This document shows positions 1 through 7,640 of a DNA stretch of 54,313 nt, in pieces. Source of the DNA: an uncultured Erysipelotrichaceae bacterium (GTDB lineage Bacteria > Bacillota_I > Bacilli_A > RFN20 > DUOF01); assembly GCA_964442785.1 (NCBI GenBank), contig CAYTZW010000003.1:1-54313 (forward strand), read 5' to 3'. Position 1 is the first letter of the stretch. Each line of letters begins with the position of its first letter. A program made the translations under genes and the position numbers. Under the pieces are notes generated by a model. That model had not been told where the DNA came from. It did not search any database and saw only the letters and a list, made by a program, of their open reading frames with translations.

Positions 1-1
1 A

Positions 2-1075
2 GTTCATAAGGATTTAAAAACAAATACGTGGTTTTTTAGAAAACGAGTACAAAATATAGATGGTTCTGTTCGTAATTGCAAAAGAAGCGGTTTTAAAACA
101 AAAAAAGAAGCTTTGAAAGCTGAAGTTGAGTTTGGCTTTGATGATGTAAAAGAAAAGATAACTATTAATGACTTGTATTGTTATTTTCTTCAAGACCAAA
201 AGAAAAAAATAAAAGCTAGCCACTTATATAATAAAAAAATAGCTATAGAAAAATATATTTTGCCTATTTTTGGTGAAAAGGATTGTAATAAAATTACAAT
301 TAATGATATTAGACAATGGCAAAATCAGTTAATGACTGAGAAAATAAGTGTAGGTAGAATTAATACTGTTCATTCGTTCTTTAGTCAGATGTTAGAGTAC
401 GGACGTTTGTTTTATAATGTTGAAAAAAATCCTGTTAAAATGATAGGACCTTTAAAAAATAATTCAATTAAAAAATCTACTATAGAAGTATGGACAAAGG
501 AAGAATTTAATCAATTTATATCAAAAGTAGAAAATCCTGTTTATAATACTCTTTTTAATTTACTATATTATACAGGATTGCGAATTGGTGAGGCATTAGC
601 TTTATCTTTTGAAGATGTAAATTTAGAAACTAAAATTCTTATTGTTAATAAATCTATTAGTTTTAAGTCGGATTCTGGCAAATATGATGTGTCAACTCCT
701 AAAACAATAAATTCTAATAGAGTTATAAATCTACCTTCGAGTTTAATTGAAAACCTAGATAAATATTTTGCGTTTTTGAAAACAAATAAAATTAAGCCAA
801 AAAACACTGATTTTTTATTTGGAATAAATAAACCTCTTTCTAAGACTACAATAGCAAGGATTAAGGACAAAGCTTGCAATTTAGCAAAAGTTAAAAGAAT
901 TAGAATTCACGATTTTAGACATACGCACGCTTCGACACTAATATTAATGGGATTAGACCCTATTTATATTAAAGAAAGGTTAGGTCATGAAGATGTGTCA
1001 ACAACATTAAATACATACTCTCATTTATTTGCTGAGAGTAGAAAAAACATTATTAGTATTATTGAAAAAATGTAA
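2..1075 (+). CDS. Tyrosine recombinase / phage-type integrase (5' partial, runs off the window)
   Basis: The frame is open from nt 2 (VHKDLKTNTWFFRKRVQNIDGSVRNCKRSGFKTKKEALKAEVEF, arm-binding-type N-domain) into tracked ORF 113..1075. Catalytic signature: TGLRIGEAL (R), HDFRHTHAS (HxxR), LGH, TYSH (Y). Confidence 0.9.
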   Translation, partial: VHKDLKTNTWFFRKRVQNIDGSVRNCKRSGFKTKKEALKAEVEFGFDDVKEKITINDLYCYFLQDQKKKIKASHLYNKKIAIEKYILPIFGEKDCNKITINDIRQWQNQLMTEKISVGRINTVHSFFSQMLEYGRLFYNVEKNPVKMIGPLKNNSIKKSTIEVWTKEEFNQFISKVENPVYNTLFNLLYYTGLRIGEALALSFEDVNLETKILIVNKSISFKSDSGKYDVSTPKTINSNRVINLPSSLIENLDKYFAFLKTNKIKPKNTDFLFGINKPLSKTTIARIKDKACNLAKVKRIRIHDFRHTHASTLILMGLDPIYIKERLGHEDVSTTLNTYSHLFAESRKNIISIIEKM

Positions 1076-1111
1076 AAATGTTCCCTAAATGTTCCTTTTC
1101 CAGTATTTAAG

Positions 1112-1141
1112 TAATCAAAAACCCTTACTACGTAAGGGTTT
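1112..1141 (-). terminator. Intrinsic terminator of tRNA-Gly (also closes the convergent integrase gene)
   Basis: Hairpin acccttac/gtaagggt (1121-1128 / 1132-1139), followed on the minus strand by TTTTT. Confidence 0.7.
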
Positions 1142-1151
1142 ATCAACAAAA

Positions 1152-1225
1152 TGGAGCAAGTGACGGGAATCGAACCCGCGTAGTCAGCTTGGAAGGCTGA
1201 AGTTCTACCATTGAACTACACTTGC
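1152..1225 (-). tRNA. tRNA-Gly (anticodon UCC)
   Basis: The reverse complement reads GCAAGTGTAGTTCAATGGTAGAACTTCAGCCTTCCAAGCTGACTACGCGGGTTCGATTCCCGTCACTTGCTCCA. It has a 7-bp acceptor stem, anticodon loop CTTCCAA, T-loop GGTTCGATTCC and an encoded CCA. Confidence 0.95.
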
Positions 1226-1350
1226 GTGTATATGAACAATCACTTTCGTGGTTGACATATGGAAGTATAACACAATTAAAAAACTAATTCAATACAAAAA
1301 AATATTTTTTTCTAATTTGCTGGGGAATTTGTCAGTTTTAAAATGCTTTT

Positions 1351-2106
1351 TTATTTATTTTTTCTCATTTGAGCATAATAAGCAACTTTTAGTATTGTTT
1401 TTTCACTCATAAAGCGAGAGAAGAATTTATTCAATTTCATACTGAATCCAGGGATTATTAGCATTTTTTTCTTTTCTAATCCTTTGACAGTAACTTTAGC
1501 AACATATTCACTGGTTAGTGGTTTGTCAGCAAATTTCACATCAGCAACATTGTTGAAATTAGTATCAACAGGTCCAGGACATAAAGCACTTATGCTGACA
1601 TTAGATTTCATTTTTCTTAATTCTTCATAGATAGAAGCCGTTAAGCAGTAAATGTAATTTTTGGTAGCATAGTAGGTAGCCATTCTAGGTCCTGTATAAA
1701 AAGCAGCACTTGAACAAACGTTTAAAATTTGTCCTTTATTTTTTTGGACGAAATCTTTTAAAAATAACTTGGTTAAAATATGATAAGCAATATCATTGAC
1801 TTTTATCATTTCTAATTCTTTTTCTAAATCTGTTTCTACAAAATTTCCATAGACACCAAATCCTGCATTATTAACTAATAAATCAATATCTAGATTTTTG
1901 GTTTTTTCATGTAATTCGTAGCAATTTTCTTCTTTTGATAAATCACAAGGAATAATGGCTACCTTTACATTAGATAATTCTTCCTTAAGTTCTTTTAACT
2001 TATCTTCTCTCCTTGCAGTTATTACTAAATCATAACCTTTTTTGGCTAATTCACGAGAAATATCTTTTCCTATTCCAGAACTAGCACCTGTAACTAATGC
2101 TAACAT
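1351..2106 (-). CDS. Short-chain dehydrogenase/reductase (SDR) family oxidoreductase
   Basis: TGASSGIGKD Rossmann motif, NNAG, catalytic YxxxK (YYATKNY). AGGAGA SD upstream of ATG 2106. Confidence 0.9.
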   Translation of the reverse strand: MLALVTGASSGIGKDISRELAKKGYDLVITARREDKLKELKEELSNVKVAIIPCDLSKEENCYELHEKTKNLDIDLLVNNAGFGVYGNFVETDLEKELEMIKVNDIAYHILTKLFLKDFVQKNKGQILNVCSSAAFYTGPRMATYYATKNYIYCLTASIYEELRKMKSNVSISALCPGPVDTNFNNVADVKFADKPLTSEYVAKVTVKGLEKKKMLIIPGFSMKLNKFFSRFMSEKTILKVAYYAQMRKNK

Positions 2107-2215
2107 TTTATCATCTCCTAAAGGTAATTATACAAAAGATAAAACTAATATTAAATGTTTTTTCTTTTTTATTTTGTCCAAACATACTATAATTATTAAA
2201 AATGAGGTTTTGAAA

Positions 2216-3340
2216 ATGGAAGAAATTATTTTAAAAAGGGTAACTAATAAAAAAATGTTAAAGAAGTTCATTAAATTTCCAAATCAACTTTATAAAGACA
2301 ATCCTTATTATGTTCCTGATTTAATAAGTGGTGAAATAGAATACTTTGATAGGAAGAAAAATCCTTCTTATGAGTATTGCGAATCTATTGAAGTTTTAGC
2401 CTATAAAAACAAAAAAATTGTAGGAAGAATATGTGGATTAATAAATCATAGATATAATGAAAAAATCCAAGCTAAACAACTTCGTTTTAATCATTTTGAT
2501 TTTATTGATGATTTAGAAGTTAGCAAGGCATTACTAGGCTATATTGCCACTTGGGGAAAAGAAAAAGGAATGACTCATTTCAATGGACCTATTGGGTGTA
2601 CTGATCTTGATAAGCAAGGAATGTTACTTGAAGGATATGAGAAACTTTCTTTGAATTTCACTTATTATAATTATCCATATTATGTTAAACATATGGAAGA
2701 AATGGGATTTATTAAAGATGTTGATTGGGTAGAATATTTAATAACTATTCCTCAAGAAATAGATCCAAGATTAGAAAAAATATCTTCCTTTTTATTAGAA
2801 AGACAAGGTTATCAATTAATAAAATTCAAAAAAGGGAAAGAAGCTTTACCTACTATTTTAGAAGCTTTTAAAGTTTATAATGAAGCTTTTGACAAGTTAC
2901 ACGGAACTGTTTTTTTAACGGAAAAACAAATAAGAAAATACATAAAAGATTATATTTCAATGGCTAATTTTGATTATATTCCTTTCATTGCAGATAGCAA
3001 AGGTAAGATAAAAGGTTTTGCTTTTGTAGCGCCTTCGATATCTACTGCTTTACAAAAATCTAAAGGGAAAATTTTTCCATTTGGGTGGTATCATCTTTTA
3101 AAATCTTTAAAGAAAAATGATGTTTTAGATATGTATTTAATTGCCGTTGATCCAAATACACAAGGACTTGGAATAAATGGTATAATGATGTATGACATCT
3201 TAAAAACTTCTTTAAAAAATGGAATTAAATATGCTGAAACAGGTCCTGAATTAGAAGATAATAAGGAAGTACAAGCTCAATGGAAAAATTATCAAAAAGA
3301 AATAATTAGAAAAAGACGTTGTTGGATAAAGGAAATATAA
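2216..3340 (+). CDS. GNAT-like N-acyltransferase family protein
   Basis: Start moved to ATG 2216 (GAGG at 2204-2207), because the longer tracked ORF overlaps the SDR gene. C-terminal QGLGINGIMM resembles an acetyl-CoA-binding segment. Family assigned by eye. Confidence 0.55.
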   Translation: MEEIILKRVTNKKMLKKFIKFPNQLYKDNPYYVPDLISGEIEYFDRKKNPSYEYCESIEVLAYKNKKIVGRICGLINHRYNEKIQAKQLRFNHFDFIDDLEVSKALLGYIATWGKEKGMTHFNGPIGCTDLDKQGMLLEGYEKLSLNFTYYNYPYYVKHMEEMGFIKDVDWVEYLITIPQEIDPRLEKISSFLLERQGYQLIKFKKGKEALPTILEAFKVYNEAFDKLHGTVFLTEKQIRKYIKDYISMANFDYIPFIADSKGKIKGFAFVAPSISTALQKSKGKIFPFGWYHLLKSLKKNDVLDMYLIAVDPNTQGLGINGIMMYDILKTSLKNGIKYAETGPELEDNKEVQAQWKNYQKEIIRKRRCWIKEI

Positions 3341-3342
3341 AA

Positions 3343-3603
3343 ATGGAAGATATTATAAAAATTGATTTAGCGATAGAATATTTAAAAAATAAAATTGCTT
3401 TATATACAATAATAGATAAGAATAAGGTTTATTTTAAAGGAAATGAAAATGTTGTTAGGATAACTAATCCTAATGCTACTTATTCTATTTCTTATCAGGA
3501 ATTTAAAAATTTGTATCAAAAATATGCTTTCTTTATTTATGAAGAAACTGATTTTGAAATAGATGCTTTAAAAGATGAACAATACTATAAATGGAAAAAA
3601 TAA
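3343..3603 (+). CDS. Hypothetical small protein (86 aa)
   Basis: ATG 3343 follows AAGGAA and abuts the GNAT stop codon. No recognisable motifs. Confidence 0.5.
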   Translation: MEDIIKIDLAIEYLKNKIALYTIIDKNKVYFKGNENVVRITNPNATYSISYQEFKNLYQKYAFFIYEETDFEIDALKDEQYYKWKK

Positions 3604-3648
3604 GGATTATTAATTTTTTATAAGAAAAATATTTATTTAAGAATAATC

Positions 3649-3678
3649 AAAAAAAAGATTAACCGATGTTAATCTTTT
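3649..3678. terminator. Bidirectional intrinsic terminator
   Basis: 9-bp stem aagattaac/gttaatctt (3655-3663 / 3668-3676) between an A8 run and a T4 run. It is strong for the minus-strand HEPN gene. Confidence 0.7.
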
Positions 3679-3684
3679 GGTTCT

Positions 3685-5589
3685 TTAAATTTTCTTTGGT
3701 TTTTCTATTTCTAAAAGTTTTTCTTTGTAAAACACTGGATTACTACAAAGTTCCATTATGTTGTTAGCACTACATTTTATTGTTAGTCCGGTATTTTCCA
3801 TTTCAAAAATCAATTCGGTATCTTCAATATTATCTACTAAATTTGAATAGTTTATATAATATTTTCCGTGTAGTAAGATATTCCTTAATTGATTAAAAAT
3901 AAACATTTTATCTTTGTAGCCTTGTGGAGAATTGAATTCTTCGCTATTTTTTGTTTTGAATTGGAATCCGTCCATATCAATTTTCTTAATTGAATTGTAG
4001 ACATCATTTGTTAAAACAGGATATTCGTTGTTTTCATTTTTTTTGCAAGTTTTTTCGGTAAATTGAGTAGCTATTAAAGTATTATAAATAGAAGCACAAG
4101 AAACAACGAACGCTAATTCGTGGTCAGCAGTGTAAGACCTAAAATAATTATTAACAACTAATCTTTCATTTTTAGAAAAATCTCGCCCGCTTACCCTGTT
4201 AAGATAAGCATAAACATTTAAAGCCGTACTTGAAGATTTGTTTCTTAATAGTTTTGCAAACATTTCTAATTCATATTGTTTTAATTCTTCTAAATGGTCA
4301 ATGAAATGTTGGACAATTTTGACTTTTTCTAACCCTGGAACTTCAATTCTAGTTGATTCAATCATTGTTGAGAATAGAGAAAGGATAGCAGGAGTTAGTC
4401 CATTTTTGACTTTTTTATTTCCAAATCCTCCGTCTATTTTTAAGTTACTGGAAGTAGCTAGAAAATATATTTGTTCATTAATATCATTGATTTCATAAAA
4501 TTGTTTGTCGTATCTAAATCTATTTTTCCATTGTTCGACATAAAGAGAATAGTTTTGGTCATCTCTAGCAAAATTAAAATCGATTTCAAAGTCAGTAAAT
4601 CCTTGTTTTTCTAAAGCTTGTGCTAGATATGTTTTAATTGTTTCTTGATGTTTTTTTATAATAATGGAAGCTTCTTCAGGGCTTTTTTTGTTTAATTGAT
4701 ATTTTAATTTTTTATCCATTGCATATACTTTGTTAAATAATTGTTCTTCAATAAAATCTCTAGTAGCCATATAGTTATCTTTTAAGTTTTTGATAGTTAT
4801 CGTCGTATGAATAGTATTATTAAAAATACGTTCTAAATCTTCTTCACTTTGTAAAGGTTTGTTATCGATAAGGATATAACGTGGAAAATAGAAATTGGTT
4901 TCGTTTTCATTTGTTTTAAAATAGGCACTATGAAAATAAACTTTTTTAAATTCTCTTAGCCACGATTCACATAATAAAACATCTATATTTTCACTTTTGT
5001 CTTTAAATAAGTAACAAGTTTCGTTTAGATTAGGGAAAGTTCCTTCATAAAAAGAATTAAGTTCTTCTTTTCCGATTTTTCGATAATCATTATGAGCCAT
5101 ATTGTTACGAATAATGTTAACAATATGACGGGGACTTAATTTTTTTTGATTTAAGTAATTAGACACTAAAACACTGTTGCATTGGGCGGTAACTTCATAA
5201 TCTTTTCCTTTGTTTACTCTTACTTCTTTTCCAAATATATCTTTATAAATAATTTCATTACCATTACGGGTTGTTTTTAAGTCGGCTATTTTTTGTTGGA
5301 TTAAATCTCCTTCGTGAGTTTCTTTTTTTATGACTTTTTTGAAAGTTCCTTGTTCTACCATTGTTTTTAGTGTTTCATCATCAATATCTATTGAAGAATT
5401 ATTAAGCAAGGAAAGAAAAGCAAAATCGGTAATTTGGTCATAAATGAATTGAAAATTCAATTCTTTATTTCTACCAATTTGGTCATAAAAAACATAGTTT
5501 TTATTATCAACTAAATCTTCTTTCACATAATCTTTTTGAGTGGCTATATCAAATAAAAATTGCAAATATTTTTGGACATCTTGGTACAT
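3685..5589 (-). CDS. Orphan dual-HEPN protein (634 aa), predicted RNase
   Basis: Two R-x4-H motifs of the RN-type: IIRNNMAHNDY (nt 5109-5092) and NQLRNILLHGKYY (nt 3885-3868), about 400 aa apart. Start set at ATG 5589, 8 nt after AAGGAG (5603-5598). The tracked GTG 5598 overlaps the SD. Confidence 0.65.
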   Translation of the reverse strand: MYQDVQKYLQFLFDIATQKDYVKEDLVDNKNYVFYDQIGRNKELNFQFIYDQITDFAFLSLLNNSSIDIDDETLKTMVEQGTFKKVIKKETHEGDLIQQKIADLKTTRNGNEIIYKDIFGKEVRVNKGKDYEVTAQCNSVLVSNYLNQKKLSPRHIVNIIRNNMAHNDYRKIGKEELNSFYEGTFPNLNETCYLFKDKSENIDVLLCESWLREFKKVYFHSAYFKTNENETNFYFPRYILIDNKPLQSEEDLERIFNNTIHTTITIKNLKDNYMATRDFIEEQLFNKVYAMDKKLKYQLNKKSPEEASIIIKKHQETIKTYLAQALEKQGFTDFEIDFNFARDDQNYSLYVEQWKNRFRYDKQFYEINDINEQIYFLATSSNLKIDGGFGNKKVKNGLTPAILSLFSTMIESTRIEVPGLEKVKIVQHFIDHLEELKQYELEMFAKLLRNKSSSTALNVYAYLNRVSGRDFSKNERLVVNNYFRSYTADHELAFVVSCASIYNTLIATQFTEKTCKKNENNEYPVLTNDVYNSIKKIDMDGFQFKTKNSEEFNSPQGYKDKMFIFNQLRNILLHGKYYINYSNLVDNIEDTELIFEMENTGLTIKCSANNIMELCSNPVFYKEKLLEIEKPKKI

Positions 5590-5609
5590 AATTAACACTC
5601 CTTGACATT

Positions 5610-5638
5610 ATTATCTTTAAATCTAAAAGAGATGTAAA
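5610..5638 (-). promoter_or_regulatory. Sigma-70-type promoter for the dual-HEPN gene
   Basis: Minus strand has TTTACA (5638-5633), a 17-nt spacer, then GATAAT (5615-5610), inside the 75-nt gap (5590-5664) after the upstream gene. Confidence 0.5.
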
Positions 5639-5664
5639 TAGATTAAGGAAATTTTGTGATGAAA

Positions 5665-6156
5665 TTATTTTAAAAGCATACTAAAATGGGCAGTACAAAT
5701 ATTTGGTAAGACTTTTTGAGTTGCTCTAATTATTCCAATGTCATCTTCAAAGAAATAAACCATATATTCTTCATCTTTTAACATTTTTTCAATGTATTTT
5801 GATTTAAGAAAATTTTTTGTTTCTTTGTCATATTTTTCTTCTTTTAATTTGATTATTTGAACAAAGTTTTTATTAACAAAAGGCATATTAGTTTCTAGCC
5901 ATTTTAATTTATCTTGTTTTTGTTCTTCATATAAACAATTACTAACAATTCCTATCGTTATATTTTCTTCTTCACTTAGACTTTTAAAAATTTCAATCGT
6001 AGTTTGAATTGGTCTTCTTTTCAAATAGAAAGAAGGTGCGTTTGAGAGAATGTTTTTTTTCTCATTAATTCCAAATTCTGCGACTACTCCGTCCATATCA
6101 GTAAGTATTAATACATTAGTATATTTTGCTTGTTCTTTTATATCATCGATTATCAT
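5665..6156 (-). CDS. HAD-superfamily hydrolase, 5'(3')-deoxyribonucleotidase-like (NT5C/YorS-like)
   Basis: Motif I LTDMDGVV (DxDGV), motif II IVSN, motif IV FFEDD. Small 163-aa size. AAGGTGA SD. Confidence 0.5.
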   Translation of the reverse strand: MIIDDIKEQAKYTNVLILTDMDGVVAEFGINEKKNILSNAPSFYLKRRPIQTTIEIFKSLSEEENITIGIVSNCLYEEQKQDKLKWLETNMPFVNKNFVQIIKLKEEKYDKETKNFLKSKYIEKMLKDEEYMVYFFEDDIGIIRATQKVLPNICTAHFSMLLK

Positions 6157-6299
6157 TTTTTATCACCTTTTTTTTATTATAAGATAATTTTCTGTTGTTG
6201 AATATTAAAATTTTTATTAAAAAGAGAAAATTAGGATACTTTTTGTTTAAAAGTACCTTAGATTACTATATAATTTATATATACTAAGGAGTTAAAAAA

Positions 6300-7640
6300 A
6301 TGGGATTATTGCAAGAAATGTATGATAAATCAAATAATCTAAATATGGAACATAAAGAAGATATTCACGATGTGATTTATGTTTCTTTTTTTGATGTTTT
6401 AAAAGAAAAAAAAGTTAAAAGAAAAGTCTTTCAATTATCTACTTGTGTTTGTTTAGAAAGTCAAAATATTCATAAATTTTATGTAAAATGTCCTAAATGT
6501 GAAGGAACGGGAACAATAAATATTTTCAGCAATGATTTAACTTGTAATTGTTGTAAGGGAAAAGGAAAAATATGTAAAGAAATATGTCCTGTTTGTAAAG
6601 GAAAAACGACAATTATAAGAAAAAAAGAAATGGAGATTTCTCTTAATAAATCATTACTAGATAATCCTGTTTTAATTGTTTCTAAAAAGGGAATTAATCA
6701 AGGTGATTTGATTTTAAAAGTAGTCATTTTTGATAAATATTTTTATTCTATTAAAGATGATGATATTTATTCTAAAAAGGTTCTTTATTTTTCTAAAAAA
6801 GAATTTAAAAATAGTAAAGAAGTAGAAACTATGGTAGATTTTAGTTCTATCAAATTAGATAAAATTGTTTATCAACAAGTAATAAAACTAGAAGGAAAAG
6901 GTTTAAATGGAAAAGATTTTTATCAACCTATTCAATGTGAAGTTGCAGGAAATAAGGGAAAAAATAATTATGGAAACCTTATTTTAGAGAAAAAGGAAAA
7001 AGGAGTTTATGTTAAAAAAGAAAGTTTATATAGTCAAAATTTAGTTTTTGATTATAGTTTGACTAAACCTTTAAATGACCCAAATTATTTGTATTTAGAT
7101 TTAACAAATTTTAGTAAGAATTATGATATTTTAACTTTTAAAGAAATGGGATTTCCAAGTTTAGACGGTGGTGTCAATGGTGATTTATTAATCAAAGTTT
7201 TCGTTGGAAAATACTTTGTTAAAGATAATGCTTTATATCGTTATGATGAACAATTAACTAAAACAGAACTTAGTAGTCATAAAAAAAGTATTATTGTAGA
7301 TAATGAAAAGTATTTAGTTAATATGGACAAAAATCAGGAAAGTAATTATTTTTTGTCTATGGGTAATTTTGGTTTGTTGGACAAAAATAATAAACAAGGT
7401 GCTTTTTTTACTTTAATTAATCATTCTTATTCTATTTATCAAATAAGTACTTTTAACAAGGAAAATCATTTTTATATTGAAGATTATCAACATTTCTTTG
7501 GAGAAAAAGTAAAGAGTTATGCTTCTTGTTCCAATATGGAAGATTATATTGAAGTTAAAGTGTCTTCTAATCCTGTTAGAGTAAAAGATAGTAAAGGTAA
7601 TTTAGTAATTGTTTCTTTATTAAAAAAGGAGGAATTGTAA
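6300..7640 (+). CDS. DnaJ-like protein lacking the J-domain (Zn-finger plus DnaJ C-terminal substrate-binding domains)
   Basis: CxxCxGxG-type repeats CPKCEGTG, CNCCKGKG and CPVCKGKT (nt 6489-6609). Two GDL-strand motifs typical of DnaJ CTDs (NQGDLILKVVIF, VNGDLLIKVFV). No HPD/J helix region. AAGGAG SD. Confidence 0.7.
   Translation: MGLLQEMYDKSNNLNMEHKEDIHDVIYVSFFDVLKEKKVKRKVFQLSTCVCLESQNIHKFYVKCPKCEGTGTINIFSNDLTCNCCKGKGKICKEICPVCKGKTTIIRKKEMEISLNKSLLDNPVLIVSKKGINQGDLILKVVIFDKYFYSIKDDDIYSKKVLYFSKKEFKNSKEVETMVDFSSIKLDKIVYQQVIKLEGKGLNGKDFYQPIQCEVAGNKGKNNYGNLILEKKEKGVYVKKESLYSQNLVFDYSLTKPLNDPNYLYLDLTNFSKNYDILTFKEMGFPSLDGGVNGDLLIKVFVGKYFVKDNALYRYDEQLTKTELSSHKKSIIVDNEKYLVNMDKNQESNYFLSMGNFGLLDKNNKQGAFFTLINHSYSIYQISTFNKENHFYIEDYQHFFGEKVKSYASCSNMEDYIEVKVSSNPVRVKDSKGNLVIVSLLKKEEL

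Larger units (their letters stand above)
1..1151. mobile_element. Integrase-proximal end of an integrative element inserted at the 3' end of tRNA-Gly; the rest lies off-window to the left
   Basis: A tyrosine integrase gene ends 77 nt from the tRNA-Gly CCA end. Two 9-bp direct repeats aaatgttcc (1076-1084, 1087-1095) lie between the integrase stop codon and the tRNA. The other att site is not visible. Confidence 0.5.

Noticed and set aside
14-879. Minus-strand ORFs 14..223 and 568..879
   Set aside because: They are antisense to the well-supported integrase CDS, have low-complexity F/L/K-rich translations, and lack an SD.
2042-2215. N-terminal 58-aa extension of the GNAT-like ORF
   Set aside because: The extension overlaps the 5' end of the convergent-frame SDR gene and its SD region. 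An internal ATG at 2216 has a proper GAGG SD and begins the conserved sequence.
4238-4498. Plus-strand ORF inside the HEPN gene
   Set aside because: It is an antisense shadow ORF with no SD and no motifs.
3685-5589. Calling the dual-HEPN protein a bona fide Cas13
   Set aside because: Reading both strands by eye, I found no repeat-spacer array, cas1/cas2 or accessory genes in the flanks or anywhere in the window. At 634 aa it is also smaller than the characterised two-HEPN Cas13 subtypes I can recall. Only the motif architecture is Cas13-like, so it is reported as an orphan dual-HEPN protein.
6157-6299. Defined promoter for the helicase operon
   Set aside because: Several AT-rich near-matches exist (for example, TTGTTT 6243-6248 with TATAAT 6269-6274), but the spacing is 20 nt. 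No convincing -35/-10 pair could be fixed by eye.
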